A stretch of 55,310 nucleotides of DNA, taken from Actinomycetes bacterium (GTDB lineage: Bacteria; Actinomycetota; Actinomycetes; JACCUZ01). Below, piece by piece: positions 15,806-27,274 of the stretch. The first letter of the stretch is position 1, and every line of letters starts with the position of its first letter. A model generated the notes under the pieces. That model made no database searches. It was not told where the DNA came from and was given only the letters and a program-made list of their open reading frames with translations. The DNA lies in assembly GCA_036375895.1 (NCBI GenBank), contig DASVBJ010000128.1, positions 1-55,310 of the forward strand, read 5' to 3'. The position numbers were made by a program, and so were the translations under genes.

Positions 15806-18800
15806 ATGTCCAGCGACCCCTTCGTCCACCTCCACGTCGCGTCCGGCTACTCGCTGCGGCACGGCGCCTCCCACCCGCACGTGCTCGTCGAGCGGGCCGC
15901 GGAGCACGGCATGGACACCCTCGCGCTGACCGACCGCGACGGGGTCTACGGCGCGGTGAAGTTCGTCCGCGCCGCCCAGGCCGCCGGCGTCCGGCCGGTG
16001 CTCGGGGTCGACCTGGCGGTCGAGCCGAGCGGGCTGCTCGTCGGCGTCCATCCCTCGATGCGGCTGACCCGGCCGCGGCGCACACCGGCCCGCGGCGGCG
16101 CCTCGGTCGACCCGCGGCACCCGCGGGTCACCCTGCTCGCGCAGGGCCGGGCGGGCTGGGCGGCTCTGTGCCGGCTGGTGTCGGCCACCCATCTGCGCGG
16201 CGAGCGTGGCACCCCCGTCACGACCCTCGACCTGGTCGCCGAGCACGTCGAGCGGGCCGCGGCGGCGGGCGGTGGTCTCCTGGTGCTGCTCGGCCCGGCC
16301 TCCGAGCTCGGCCGGGCGCTCGCCGTCCGCCGCCCCGACCTGGCCCGGGCGGTGCTGGCCCGCTGGCGTGACGCGGTGCCCGAGCCCTCCGACCTGCTCG
16401 CCGAGATCGTGTCCCACCGCGGTCAGGACGACGGGGTGCGGGCCGCCCGCATGCTCGGCTTCGCCGCCGACCAGCGGGTCACCCCAGTGCTCACCAACGC
16501 GGTCCGCTACGCCGACCGCTCCGACGGGCCCACCGCCGACGTCCTCGACGCGGCCCGGCGGCTGGTCGCCCTCGACGCCCGCCACGTCGACCGGGTCAAC
16601 GCCGAGGGCTACCTCAAGTCCGGCAAGGAGATGGCACAGGTCGCGCAGGAGGTCGCCCGGGCGGCCGGGCACGGGCCGGGCATGGCGCGCTCGCTCACCG
16701 CCGCCACCCGACGGGTCGCCGACCGGTGTGCGCTGGACCCGCGGGCCGACCTCGGCATCGGCGAGGTGCACTTCCCCGACCTCGAGGTGTTCGGCCTCGA
16801 CGCCGCCGTCGGCGGCGCCCGCGACGTGGCCGGCGAGACCCGCGACCCGGCCGGCGCCGCCCAGGCGCTGCTGCGCCGACGCTGCGAGGCGGGGCTGGGT
16901 CGGCGCGGGATGGTCCCGACCCGGGCGGTCCGCGACCGCCTCGAGGCCGAGCTGGGGGTCATCGAGACCCTCGGCTACCCGTCGTACTTCCTCACCGTCG
17001 CCGACGTCGTCGACCTGGTCCGCACCATGGGGGTCCGGGTGGCGGCCCGCGGGTCGGGCGCGGGCAGCCTCGTCAACTACCTGCTCGGCATCTCCGGGGT
17101 CGACCCGATCCGCCACGGGCTGCTCATGGAGCGGTTCCTGTCCCCGCTGCGCGAGGCGCTGCCCGACGTCGACGTCGACGTCGAGTCGGCCCGGCGTACC
17201 GAGATCTACGAGAAGATCCTCGAGCGCTTCGGCGGCGAGCGGGTCGCCTGCGTGTCGATGATGGACACCTACCGCGTCCGCCACGCGATCCGTGACGTCG
17301 GCGCCGCGCTCGGCATGCCCCCCGGCGAGATCGACGCGATCGCCAAGGCGTTCCCGCACATCCGGGCCCGCGACGTGCACCTCGCCCTGCAGGAGCTGCC
17401 CGAGCTGCGCGCCTCCCGGCTGGGGGAGTCCCAGCTCGACCTGCTGTTCCGGCTGGTCGAGCGGCTCGACGGCCTGCCCCGCCACGTCGCGCTGCACCCG
17501 TGCGGGGTGCTGCTGTCCGACACCACGCTGCTCGACCGGACCCCGGTCGAGGCCAGCTGGCTGGGCTTCCCGATGAGCCAGTTCGACAAGGACGACGTCG
17601 AGGAGCTCGGCCTGCTCAAGCTCGACGTGCTCGGGGTGCGGATGCAGTCGGCGATGGCCTACGCCGTCGAGGAGGCGCGGCGCGTCGACGGGGTCGAGAT
17701 CGACCTCGACGACCAGGCGCAGGTGCCGCACGACGACCCGGCGACGTTCCGGCTCATCCAGTCCACCCGCACCCTCGGCATGTTCCAGATCGAGTCGCCG
17801 GGCCAGCGCGAGCTGGTCGGCAAGTTCGCGCCCGAGACGTTCGGCGACCTGATCACCGACATCTCGCTGTTCCGGCCCGGCCCGGTCAAGAGCGACATGG
17901 TCGTCCCGTTCCTCGAGGCCCGGCAGGGCTGGCGCGAGCCGCAGTACCTCCACGACGACCTGCGCCCCGCGCTCGAGGAGACCTGCGGGGTGGTCGTCTT
18001 CCACGAGCAGGTGCTGCAGATCGTCAGCGTCTTCACCGGGTGCACGCTCGCCGAGGCCGACGAGGTGCGGCGCGCGCTCGGCACTCCCGAGGGCCAGCCC
18101 GAGGTCGAGGTGTGGCTGCGCCCACGCGCGCTGGCCCGCGGCTACGACGCGGCCACCGTCGAGCGGGTGTGGGAGGTGCTCAAGGCGTTCGCGTCCTTCG
18201 GTTTCTGCAAGGCCCACGCCGCCGCCTTCGCGCTGCCCACCTACCAGTCGGCCTGGCTCAAGGCCCACCACACCGCGGCGTTCCTCGCCGGGGTGCTCAC
18301 CCACGACCCGGGCATGTACCCCAAGCGGCTCATCCTCGACGACGCCCGCCAGTTCGGCATCGCGGTGCTGCCGCTCGACGTCAACGCATCCGATGCCACC
18401 TACCGGGTGGAGAAGGTCAGCCCGTACGACGAGCCGCCGCCGCACATCCTCGACCAGGTCGGCGCCCCTGCCGACCCGGGGGCCGGGCCCTCCTTGTCGC
18501 CCCCGTCGGCCCCGTCGCCCCTGTCGCCCCCGTCGCCGCGGCCGGCGCCGGAGCCGGGACTGCCCGACTGCCGGGCCTACGGCATCCGGCTCGCGCTCGC
18601 CGACGTCAAGGGCATCTCCGACGCCGAGGTCGCCCGCATCGTGGCGGGCCGGCCCTACGGCTCGCTGTCGGACTTCTGGCACCGCGCCGCGGTGTCCCGC
18701 CCGGTGGTCGAGCGGCTCGTGGTCGCCGGCGCGTTCGACGCGCTCTACTCCATCGGGGCGGCCGCACCGGTGCGCCGGCGCGGCCGGCTGACCCGCCGCG

Positions 18801-19804
18801 ACCTGCTGCTGCAGGTGGGCGAGCTCGACCGGTGGACCCGCGCGGTGGCCCGCGGACCGGGCCGGCCCCGCCGGACCAAGGACCTCTCGGTGGCGGCGGC
18901 GCCGGGCGAGGCGCTCACCACCGTGCAGCGCCCCGGGGTGCGCGAGCTGGCCGCCCGGCAGTCGCAGGCCGCCCGCCCGGTCGAGGCCGCGCCGGTGCAG
19001 CTGGCCCTCGACCTCGGCGATGCCCCTGACGCCGTGACGCCCAGCGGACTGCCGGAGATGACCGGCGCCGAGCGGGTGCGGGCCGAGCTCGAGGTGCTCG
19101 GGCTGGATGCGAGCCGCCACGTCATCGACTTCTACCTGCCCTTCCTGGCCGCGCTGGGCGTCACCCGGGCGCCCGACCTGGTGCGCCGACGCAGCCAGGC
19201 CGAGGTGCTGGTCGCCGGGGTGAAGGTCGCCACCCAGACCCCGCCGATCCGCTCCGGCAAGCGGGTCGTGTTCGTCACGCTCGACGACGCGAGCGGCCCG
19301 GTCGACGCGACGTTCTTCGAGGACGCCCAGGGCCCCTACGCCGCGACGCTGTTCCACTCGTGGCTGCTCGTCATCCGGGGGCACGTGCGCCGCACCGGCC
19401 CGCGGGGGGTGTCGCTGCGGGCGACGGGCTGCTGGGAGCTGACGGCCCTGCACGACGCCTGGCAGCGGGGCGGCCGCGACGCCGTCGCCGAGCTGATGGC
19501 CGCGCCGGCGGTGGTCACCGAGCAGGCGGTGGCCGGGGCGGCGGAGAGCCGGTCCACCCGGCCGGTGATGACCCGCCCGCCGGTCGGTGCGGCGACGGGC
19601 ACCCATGAGCCGCGTGGCGACGGCGGGTCGGGGGCGGGAGGCATGACCCGGCCGCGCCGTGTGCTGGTGCACCCGAGCGGGTTCCGGCAGTCGCCGTACG
19701 CCGATCTCAAGCCGCCCGGCGACGACACCAGGACCGCCGCCCGCAAGGCGGCGGCCCAGCCGCCGCGCAAGCTGTGGCACTCCAGCCCCGGCAGCGCCGG
19801 ATGA
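15806..19804 (+). CDS. dnaE2: DnaE2-type (error-prone) DNA polymerase III alpha-subunit homologue, 1332 aa
   Basis: ATG at 15806. The DnaE2-like N-terminus is FVHLHVASGYSLRHGAS...TLALTDRDGVYGAVKFVRAA. Polymerase motifs are GYPSYFLTVADVV, LPDVDVDVES (catalytic Asp) and FQIESPGQRELV. OB-fold region near VLVAGVKVATQTP. The ORF-track extension back to 14822 crosses two other genes and is rejected. Confidence 0.85.
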   Translation: MSSDPFVHLHVASGYSLRHGASHPHVLVERAAEHGMDTLALTDRDGVYGAVKFVRAAQAAGVRPVLGVDLAVEPSGLLVGVHPSMRLTRPRRTPARGGASVDPRHPRVTLLAQGRAGWAALCRLVSATHLRGERGTPVTTLDLVAEHVERAAAAGGGLLVLLGPASELGRALAVRRPDLARAVLARWRDAVPEPSDLLAEIVSHRGQDDGVRAARMLGFAADQRVTPVLTNAVRYADRSDGPTADVLDAARRLVALDARHVDRVNAEGYLKSGKEMAQVAQEVARAAGHGPGMARSLTAATRRVADRCALDPRADLGIGEVHFPDLEVFGLDAAVGGARDVAGETRDPAGAAQALLRRRCEAGLGRRGMVPTRAVRDRLEAELGVIETLGYPSYFLTVADVVDLVRTMGVRVAARGSGAGSLVNYLLGISGVDPIRHGLLMERFLSPLREALPDVDVDVESARRTEIYEKILERFGGERVACVSMMDTYRVRHAIRDVGAALGMPPGEIDAIAKAFPHIRARDVHLALQELPELRASRLGESQLDLLFRLVERLDGLPRHVALHPCGVLLSDTTLLDRTPVEASWLGFPMSQFDKDDVEELGLLKLDVLGVRMQSAMAYAVEEARRVDGVEIDLDDQAQVPHDDPATFRLIQSTRTLGMFQIESPGQRELVGKFAPETFGDLITDISLFRPGPVKSDMVVPFLEARQGWREPQYLHDDLRPALEETCGVVVFHEQVLQIVSVFTGCTLAEADEVRRALGTPEGQPEVEVWLRPRALARGYDAATVERVWEVLKAFASFGFCKAHAAAFALPTYQSAWLKAHHTAAFLAGVLTHDPGMYPKRLILDDARQFGIAVLPLDVNASDATYRVEKVSPYDEPPPHILDQVGAPADPGAGPSLSPPSAPSPLSPPSPRPAPEPGLPDCRAYGIRLALADVKGISDAEVARIVAGRPYGSLSDFWHRAAVSRPVVERLVVAGAFDALYSIGAAAPVRRRGRLTRRDLLLQVGELDRWTRAVARGPGRPRRTKDLSVAAAPGEALTTVQRPGVRELAARQSQAARPVEAAPVQLALDLGDAPDAVTPSGLPEMTGAERVRAELEVLGLDASRHVIDFYLPFLAALGVTRAPDLVRRRSQAEVLVAGVKVATQTPPIRSGKRVVFVTLDDASGPVDATFFEDAQGPYAATLFHSWLLVIRGHVRRTGPRGVSLRATGCWELTALHDAWQRGGRDAVAELMAAPAVVTEQAVAGAAESRSTRPVMTRPPVGAATGTHEPRGDGGSGAGGMTRPRRVLVHPSGFRQSPYADLKPPGDDTRTAARKAAAQPPRKLWHSSPGSAG
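18497..18541 (+). repeat. five in-frame 9-bp tandem repeats (TCGCCCCCG-like) inside dnaE2
   Basis: Units: tcgcccccg / tcggccccg / tcgcccctg / tcgcccccg / tcgccgcgg. They encode SPP-SAP-SPL-SPP-SPR within a Pro-rich insertion. Confidence 0.8.
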
Positions 19805-19871
19805 GCCGTCCGGCCCGATCTTCCCTAGGCTTGGCGCGAGCCCGCCCTCCGCACCCGTCTGGAGCCGCACC

Positions 19872-20618
19872 GTGGACCGCTCCCGCACCAGCCGCTCGCT
19901 GCGCACGGCCGTGGTCGAGGACGCCCTCCAGGGCGTCATCGCCGCGCGGGTCGCGGAGACCGGGCAGGCGCGGCTGCGGGTCCTCGACGTCGGCGGCGGT
20001 ACGGGTGGCCTCGCCGTGCCCCTCGCGCGGGACGGTCACCACGTCACCGTCGTCGACCCCAGCCCGGACGCACTCGCCTCGCTCGAGCGCCGCGCCGGCG
20101 AGGCCGGGGTCGTCGTCCACGGCCTGCAGGGCGACGCCGCCGAGCTGGTCGGGCTGGTCGGCGCCGACGTCGCAGACCTGGTGCTCTGCCACGGTGTCCT
20201 CGAGCACGTCGACGAGCTCGCCCCCGCCGTCACGGCGCTCGTGCAGGTGCTGCGTCCCGGCGGCACGCTCAGCGTCCTGGCCGCCAACCGCAACGCGGTC
20301 GTGCTCGCCCGGGCCATCGCCGGCCACTTCGCCGACGCCCGCCACGCCCTCGACGACCCGGCCGGGCGGTGGGGCGCGGGTGACCCGCTGCCGCGGCGCT
20401 TCACCGAGAGCCAGCTCGTCCACCTCCTCGCCGACGCCGGCCTCGAGGTGCGCGCCGTCCACGGCGTGCGCACCTTCGCCGACCTGGTGCCCGGCGCGCT
20501 CGTCGACCACGAGCCCGGCGCTGCCGACGCGCTGCTCGCCCTCGAGCTGGCGGCGGCGGACCGGCCCGCCTTCCGGGCCGTCGCGACCCGGCTGCACGTC
20601 CTTGCCGGCCGCGGCTGA
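19872..20618 (+). CDS. class I SAM-dependent methyltransferase
   Basis: Motif I is RVLDVGGGTGGLAVPLA, followed by VVDPS, LVLCHGVLEHV and LRPGGTLS. GTG start at 19872, 67 nt after the dnaE2 stop. Confidence 0.8.
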   Translation: MDRSRTSRSLRTAVVEDALQGVIAARVAETGQARLRVLDVGGGTGGLAVPLARDGHHVTVVDPSPDALASLERRAGEAGVVVHGLQGDAAELVGLVGADVADLVLCHGVLEHVDELAPAVTALVQVLRPGGTLSVLAANRNAVVLARAIAGHFADARHALDDPAGRWGAGDPLPRRFTESQLVHLLADAGLEVRAVHGVRTFADLVPGALVDHEPGAADALLALELAAADRPAFRAVATRLHVLAGRG

Positions 20619-20624
20619 GATGAC

Positions 20625-21872
<1,248 letters not shown>

Positions 21873-22013
21873 CCGCAACGCCAGGAACCTCACGGGTCCT
21901 TCGTCCGTCATTTTCACAGGCGGGTTTCACTGGCGCCGTTCGGCGCATATCCTTCAAGCACACGACCACCACGGGCGACGCGGCGGTCGTGGCAACGCCC
22001 GTAGGAGGAGTCC

Positions 22014-22424
22014 GTGCCGCTCTCTGAGCACGAGCAGCGTCTGCTCGAGCAGATGGAGCGGGCCCTCTATGCTGAGGACCCGAAGTTCGCGTCGTCACTG
22101 CGCGGCAAGAGCCCGCGCAGTCATTTCCGTCGTCGGGTGCTGATGGCCTCTGTCGGCTTCGTGCTCGGTGTCGTGCTGCTGATGACCGGTCTGGTCGCGC
22201 AGATGGTCCCGGTCAGCGTGGTGGGGTTCCTCCTCATGCTCGGCTCGGCGTTCTTCGCCCTCACCAGCTATCGCAAGGTGACGTCCGGCGCCCGGCTCGG
22301 GGTGGTCGACGGCGGCGCCGTGCGCGGCGCCCGGCCCGCCGGACGCAAGGCCCGCGACTCCCGCTCCTTCATGGACCGCATGGAAGAGCGCTGGAACCGC
22401 CGCCGCGACCAGAACGGCCGCTGA
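22014..22424 (+). CDS. DUF3040 membrane protein
   Basis: MPLSEHEQRLLEQMERALYAEDPKFA followed by two TM helices is the typical DUF3040 pattern. Strong RBS AGGAGGAG precedes the GTG. Confidence 0.85.
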   Translation: MPLSEHEQRLLEQMERALYAEDPKFASSLRGKSPRSHFRRRVLMASVGFVLGVVLLMTGLVAQMVPVSVVGFLLMLGSAFFALTSYRKVTSGARLGVVDGGAVRGARPAGRKARDSRSFMDRMEERWNRRRDQNGR

Positions 22425-22443
22425 AGCCCGAGCCGTCGCGCGC

Positions 22444-24825
22444 TCAGGCGCGACGCCGCTGAGGCACCAGGCGCCGACGCAGCGCGCCCATCGCCGAGTC
22501 CAACGTGTCGAGGGCGTCCGCGACCCGTTCCCCGGTCGCGGTCCACACCGCCTTGCTCGACCGGGGCATCCAGCGCGCCCGGGCCCGCCCCCAGCTCGTG
22601 GTGCGGGCCCGCAGCGCCGCGTTCACGGTCGCGACGTCCCGGCGCAGGTCGCCCACCTCGCCCAGCTCGATGGCGTAGCGGGCGCGCTCGGTGGCAGACC
22701 CGAGCCGGCGTACCGCAGCCAGCGACTCCCCGGTCAGGGCCATCTCCTCGGCCGCCCGCGCCACGCCGCGCCGCGGCGAGTCGCTCGGCAACCAGCTGTA
22801 GCCGTGGTCGAGCAGGGTGTCCTGCAGCTCGGCCCAGGCGGCCGCGACGGTGGCGGCCGGTGTCGTCGCCTGGCGCCAGCGACGGCGCCGTACGACGACG
22901 CGGGTCGCAGCCGGGACCAGCCCGAGCAGCAGCATTGCGAGCACCACGAGGGTCGGCACGACGGGCAGGTTGAGTCGGTCGAAGACGTTCTGGTCCGGCC
23001 GCGTCGTGGGGGGCACCTCCCGGTCGAGCAGGTCCGGGTCCCCGCGACCGGGGTTGACGGCCCGTGGGCCCGCCGACGCGGTCGGGGTGGGCACGGCGCT
23101 GCCGCCGGCCCCGGCCCCGCCCTGGGCGATCTCGGGCTGCGCCCACGCCGGCGGCGAGCCGGTGCGCGACCCGGGCGTCGGCTCGAAGGCGACCCAGCCG
23201 ACGCCCTCGAAGTAGAGCTCCGGCCAGGCGTGCGCATCGTGCAGGCTCACGACCCAGCGGCCCTGGTCGTCGCGGCTGCCCGGGGTGAAGCCGACCGCGA
23301 CCCGGGCCGGGATGCCGAGCTGGCGGGCCATCACCGCCATCGTCGAGGCGAAGTGCACGCAGTACCCGCGCCGCGAGTCGAGGAACGCGACGATGGCCCG
23401 GGAGCCGTTGGTGTCGCCGGTGGTGTCGGCGACCTCGGTGGAGTAGGTGAACTGCGTCGGGTCCCGCAGCCACGTCTGCAGGGCCAGCGCCTGGTCGTAG
23501 TGGTTGTCCGCCTCCCGGGTGACCTGCCGGGCGGTGCGGTCCACCACGCCGGGGATGCCCAGCGGGAGCTCGAGGTACCGGTCCAGCGATGGTGGCGCGT
23601 CAGGCGCGGCCCGCAGCTGGTCCGGCGTCGGCTCGACGTTCAGGCTCGTCACCCGGTAGGTCTGCTTGCGGGTCGAGGCGTTCGTGGAGAACACGTTGAA
23701 GGTCGAGGTGTCGTAGACCCAACGTCCGTCGATGTCGACCTTCTCCGCCGGGTAGGGCAGCGGGAGCCACTGCTGCTCCAGGTCGAACACCTCGATGCGG
23801 TAGCGCCGCTTGGCCTGCTTGACCTCGTTGCCCAGCCCCGGCGGGCTGTTCAGGCCGCGTCCGACCTCCTGGTCCTTCGGCACCTTCAGCCGGCTGGGCT
23901 TCCAGGTGTCGCCGGTGAACAGGTCGAGGCCGACCAGCCGCAGATAGGTGCGCTGGCCCTCGTAGCGGAGGATCGGGCGGTTGCGGTCGCGGCGCAGGTC
24001 CTGGCCGAGGTCGATGATCGGGTTGATGACCGCCACCCGGCTGCCCGAGCCGCCGCCCCGGCCGAGGCCGGCCCCGCCGAACCCCAGCGCGCCGGCGTCG
24101 ATGTCGGGGAGCAGCACGGGTACGACGAGTGCCAGCCCGAGCGCGGCGGCTCCCACCCGGCGACCCACCTGCGCGAGCGGGGCCGTCTCCACCTCGCCCT
24201 GCCACTCGGTGCGGGTCGAGGAGAAGCGCAGTGGCCGGCCCCAGCGGCTGAGCCGCTCGCGGGCCTCGGCCAGCAGCAGCCCCAGGTAGCCGGCGCCGCC
24301 CAGGGCGAAGGCCGGCCAGCTCACCCCGCTCGGGGACACCGAGGCGGGCACGGTGTACAGCGCGAGCAGGGGCAGGCCGGCGAGGGAGACCCGGCGCATC
24401 GTCACGGCGAGCGTGTCGACGGCGACGGCCACCAGGCCGACACCCGCGACCGCGAACAGCTCGACCTCGGGCAGCAGGGCGATCGGCGCGGCGTAGTGCG
24501 CGATGCTCTCGTTGCCGGCTCGGGCCAGGTCACGGAGCTGGGCCAGCGCGTCCGGTGTCGGCAGCACCCAGAGCAGGGCCTCGGCGCGGGCGTAGCGGGC
24601 GACCAGGTAGCAGAGCAGCACGACGAGGCTGATGACCGGCACCAGCAGCCGCGGCGCGCCCAGCCGGCGGGCGCCCTCGCCGGCGGCCGCCACGAGCACC
24701 ACCGAGAAGGCGCTGGGCAGGAACCAGCTGCCGGTCACGAACACGTCGCCCAGGCAGATCGCCGACAGCACCGTGGCCAGTGCCGCGGCCACGGGCAGGC
24801 GCAGGGAGCTGCTCACCCGCATCAC
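22444..24825 (-). CDS. TgpA-like transglutaminase membrane protein (DUF3488 + transglutaminase core)
   Basis: N-terminal multi-TM region. Transglutaminase core is RRGYCVHFASTMAVMAR (Cys), HAWPELYFEGVGWVAFEPTP (His/Asp). There is a late TM helix. The start overlaps the DUF58 stop (GTGATG). Confidence 0.85.
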   Translation of the reverse strand: MMRVSSSLRLPVAAALATVLSAICLGDVFVTGSWFLPSAFSVVLVAAAGEGARRLGAPRLLVPVISLVVLLCYLVARYARAEALLWVLPTPDALAQLRDLARAGNESIAHYAAPIALLPEVELFAVAGVGLVAVAVDTLAVTMRRVSLAGLPLLALYTVPASVSPSGVSWPAFALGGAGYLGLLLAEARERLSRWGRPLRFSSTRTEWQGEVETAPLAQVGRRVGAAALGLALVVPVLLPDIDAGALGFGGAGLGRGGGSGSRVAVINPIIDLGQDLRRDRNRPILRYEGQRTYLRLVGLDLFTGDTWKPSRLKVPKDQEVGRGLNSPPGLGNEVKQAKRRYRIEVFDLEQQWLPLPYPAEKVDIDGRWVYDTSTFNVFSTNASTRKQTYRVTSLNVEPTPDQLRAAPDAPPSLDRYLELPLGIPGVVDRTARQVTREADNHYDQALALQTWLRDPTQFTYSTEVADTTGDTNGSRAIVAFLDSRRGYCVHFASTMAVMARQLGIPARVAVGFTPGSRDDQGRWVVSLHDAHAWPELYFEGVGWVAFEPTPGSRTGSPPAWAQPEIAQGGAGAGGSAVPTPTASAGPRAVNPGRGDPDLLDREVPPTTRPDQNVFDRLNLPVVPTLVVLAMLLLGLVPAATRVVVRRRRWRQATTPAATVAAAWAELQDTLLDHGYSWLPSDSPRRGVARAAEEMALTGESLAAVRRLGSATERARYAIELGEVGDLRRDVATVNAALRARTTSWGRARARWMPRSSKAVWTATGERVADALDTLDSAMGALRRRLVPQRRRA

Positions 24826-26126
24826 CCGCCTGCCGCGGCGGTGCCGCTGAGGTCCACCTCGCGGTGGTGCCGGCTGGCGTCCGGCCAGAGGTCGGCGAGC
24901 GAGTCACCGGCTCGGGCCTGCACGACCCGCCAGCCCGACGTGCGCAGCAGCGCCACCGAGGCGTCGTAGGCCTCCCGCGCCGAGGTGCGCGCGCTCTCCG
25001 GCAGGGCCGTCCAGGTCGTCGCGTCCAGCAGCACCGCCACCGCGGCCGTGGTGCCGTGGCGAAGCCGGGCCAGCTGGTGCGCCTCGTCGGGGCTGACGGT
25101 GCCGAGCACCGCGACGAGCAGGCCGTCGCCCCCGCCGCGCCGCAGCGCGGACCCCGCCTCGAGGAGGGACCGGTTGGGCGAGCTCTCGATCACCGCGAGC
25201 GCGTCGAGCAGCGCGCCCTCGAAGTCGCTGCCCACCCCGCTCGCGTCGTGCGCGACGCTCGCGACGTTGCTGCCGGTGTCGGTGACCAGCCGCACGTGGT
25301 AGCCGTGCCGGACCAGGTGGACGCCGATCGAGGCCGCGGCAGAGACCGCCCACTCGAACGACGAGGCCGGGCCCTCGCCGCGGTGACCCGCGGTGCGGGT
25401 GTCGAGCAGGACCGTGCAGCGGCTGTGCCAGGGCTGCTCCTCGCGGCGCACCATGAGCTGGCCCAGCCGGGCGGTGGAGCGCCAGTGCACGCGGCGCAGG
25501 TCGTCGCCCTGGCGGTACTCCCGGGTGCCGGCGTCGTCCTCGCCGGCGGTGGCGATCGCCCGCGCGCGGCTCTCGCCGCTGCCGGCCCACTCGCCGGCGA
25601 GCTGCACGACGGGCAGCGGGTGCACCTGGGGGGTGATCACCAGGCCGTCCCGCGTGCTGAAGGCGCGGTGCAGCTCGCACATGCCGAACGGGTCGGTGAG
25701 CCGGATGGACAGCGGACCCAGCTGGTAGCGCCCACGCACGTCCGAGCGCACCGCGTAGGTCACCTCACGGCGCCCACGCGGCTCGACCCGGTCCAGGACG
25801 AAGCGGGGGCGGGAGCCGAGCACGTACGGCACCCGGTCCTCGACCAGCAGGAGCCCGGTGGGCAGCCGGGAGATGTTGTCCAGCCGCACGGTGACGAGCG
25901 ACTCCCGGCCGGCCGCCACCCGGCCCGACGCGAGGCGCCGCTGCGAGGCGAGGCGGTAGCGCGTGCGCGCGACGACCCAGGCGCTCACCAGCGGGAGCGC
26001 GACCAGCAGGACGGCGACCCGCATCAGGTCCTGCTGCCCGACGACGATGGAGGAGACGAAGATCGCGATGCCGGCGGCGAGGAAGCACCTGCCTCGCGTC
26101 GTCAGCCCGCGGACGGCACCGAGCAC
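24822..26126 (-). CDS. DUF58 domain protein (MoxR-associated)
   Basis: Two N-terminal TM helices and the DUF58 signature REYRQGDDLRRVHWRSTAR. GTG start at 26126 overlaps the MoxR TAG by 1 nt. The upstream extension in ORF 24822..26723 is rejected. Confidence 0.85.
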   Translation of the reverse strand: MLGAVRGLTTRGRCFLAAGIAIFVSSIVVGQQDLMRVAVLLVALPLVSAWVVARTRYRLASQRRLASGRVAAGRESLVTVRLDNISRLPTGLLLVEDRVPYVLGSRPRFVLDRVEPRGRREVTYAVRSDVRGRYQLGPLSIRLTDPFGMCELHRAFSTRDGLVITPQVHPLPVVQLAGEWAGSGESRARAIATAGEDDAGTREYRQGDDLRRVHWRSTARLGQLMVRREEQPWHSRCTVLLDTRTAGHRGEGPASSFEWAVSAAASIGVHLVRHGYHVRLVTDTGSNVASVAHDASGVGSDFEGALLDALAVIESSPNRSLLEAGSALRRGGGDGLLVAVLGTVSPDEAHQLARLRHGTTAAVAVLLDATTWTALPESARTSAREAYDASVALLRTSGWRVVQARAGDSLADLWPDASRHHREVDLSGTAAAGG

Positions 26127-27124
26127 TAGAGCGTGCTCCGCCTGCGGGCGTCGTCCGGCAGCGGCACTCGCGCCACGATGTCGGCCACGATGTCCTCGGT
26201 GGTCCGCCGGCCGATCTGCGACTCGGCGGTGGGCAGCAGGCGGTGCGCCAGCACCGGGCCGGCGAGCTCCTGCACGTCGTCCGGCAGGACGTAGTCGCGG
26301 TCGTCGAGGGCCGCGGTGGCGCGGGCCGCGCGGATGAGGTGCAGGGTGGCGCGCGGCGAGGCACCGAGCCGCAGCTCCGCGGACGTACGGGTGGCGGTGA
26401 CCAGGTCGATGGCGTAGCGGCGGACCTGGTCGGACACATGGATGGTGCGCACCGTCTCGATCAGCTTGCTGATCTCGACGCCGTCGGACACCGAGTCGAG
26501 CTCGTCGAGCGGGGAGGCCTTGCCGTGGACGTCGAGCATCGTCAGCTCGGCCTGGTCGCTCGGGTAGCCCATCGACACCCGGGCCATGAACCGGTCGCGT
26601 TGGGCCTCCGGCAGCGGGTAGGTGCCCTCCATCTCGATGGGGTTCTGGGTCGCGACGACCATGAACGGCACACCCAGCTCGTAGGTGATGCCGTCGACCG
26701 TGACCTGGTGCTCCTCCATGCACTCGAGCAGCGCCGACTGGGTCTTCGGCGAGGCCCGGTTGATCTCGTCACCGACGACGATGTTCGCGAAGATCGCTCC
26801 GGGCTTGAACTCGAACTCGCGGCGGTCCTGGTTGTAGATCGAGACGCCGGTGATGTCGCTGGGCAGCAGGTCGGGCGTGAACTGCACCCGACGTACCGAG
26901 CAGTCGACCGACCTGGCCAAGGCCTTGGCGAGCATCGTCTTGCCGACGCCCGGCACGTCCTCGATGAGCAGGTGCCCCTCGGCCAGCATCACGGTGATCG
27001 CGAGCTTGACGACCTCGCGCTTGCCCTCGATCACGCTCTCCATGGCGCGGCGGATCCTGGTGGTGGTGTCCGCCAGCTGCGCCAGGCTCGAGCGGTCGCT
27101 GGTGGTCGTCTCCCCGACGGTCAA
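26126..27124 (-). CDS. MoxR-family AAA+ ATPase (copy 1)
   Basis: Walker A is EDVPGVGKT and Walker B is VGDEINRASPKTQSALLE, followed by ATQNPIEMEGTYPLPEAQRDRF. Apparent TTG start is preceded by GAGGAGGG. Confidence 0.9.
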   Translation of the reverse strand: MTVGETTTSDRSSLAQLADTTTRIRRAMESVIEGKREVVKLAITVMLAEGHLLIEDVPGVGKTMLAKALARSVDCSVRRVQFTPDLLPSDITGVSIYNQDRREFEFKPGAIFANIVVGDEINRASPKTQSALLECMEEHQVTVDGITYELGVPFMVVATQNPIEMEGTYPLPEAQRDRFMARVSMGYPSDQAELTMLDVHGKASPLDELDSVSDGVEISKLIETVRTIHVSDQVRRYAIDLVTATRTSAELRLGASPRATLHLIRAARATAALDDRDYVLPDDVQELAGPVLAHRLLPTAESQIGRRTTEDIVADIVARVPLPDDARRRSTL

Positions 27125-27274
27125 GTGGCCCTCCTCGGCCGAGCGGTCACCCCCCGAGCCTCGCTGCCAAGGGGACGAATGTCATCCGATGGAGTCTGGC
27201 AGGTGCGGGCACCTCTCACTATGCGGACCGATAACGATTCTGCACAGCCCGACGACTCCCGAGGCCGTCACGAA

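Noticed and set aside
15473-19939. 1488-aa ORF antisense to dnaE2
   Set aside because: It is a low-complexity shadow frame with no recognisable domain. The sense strand carries complete polymerase motifs.
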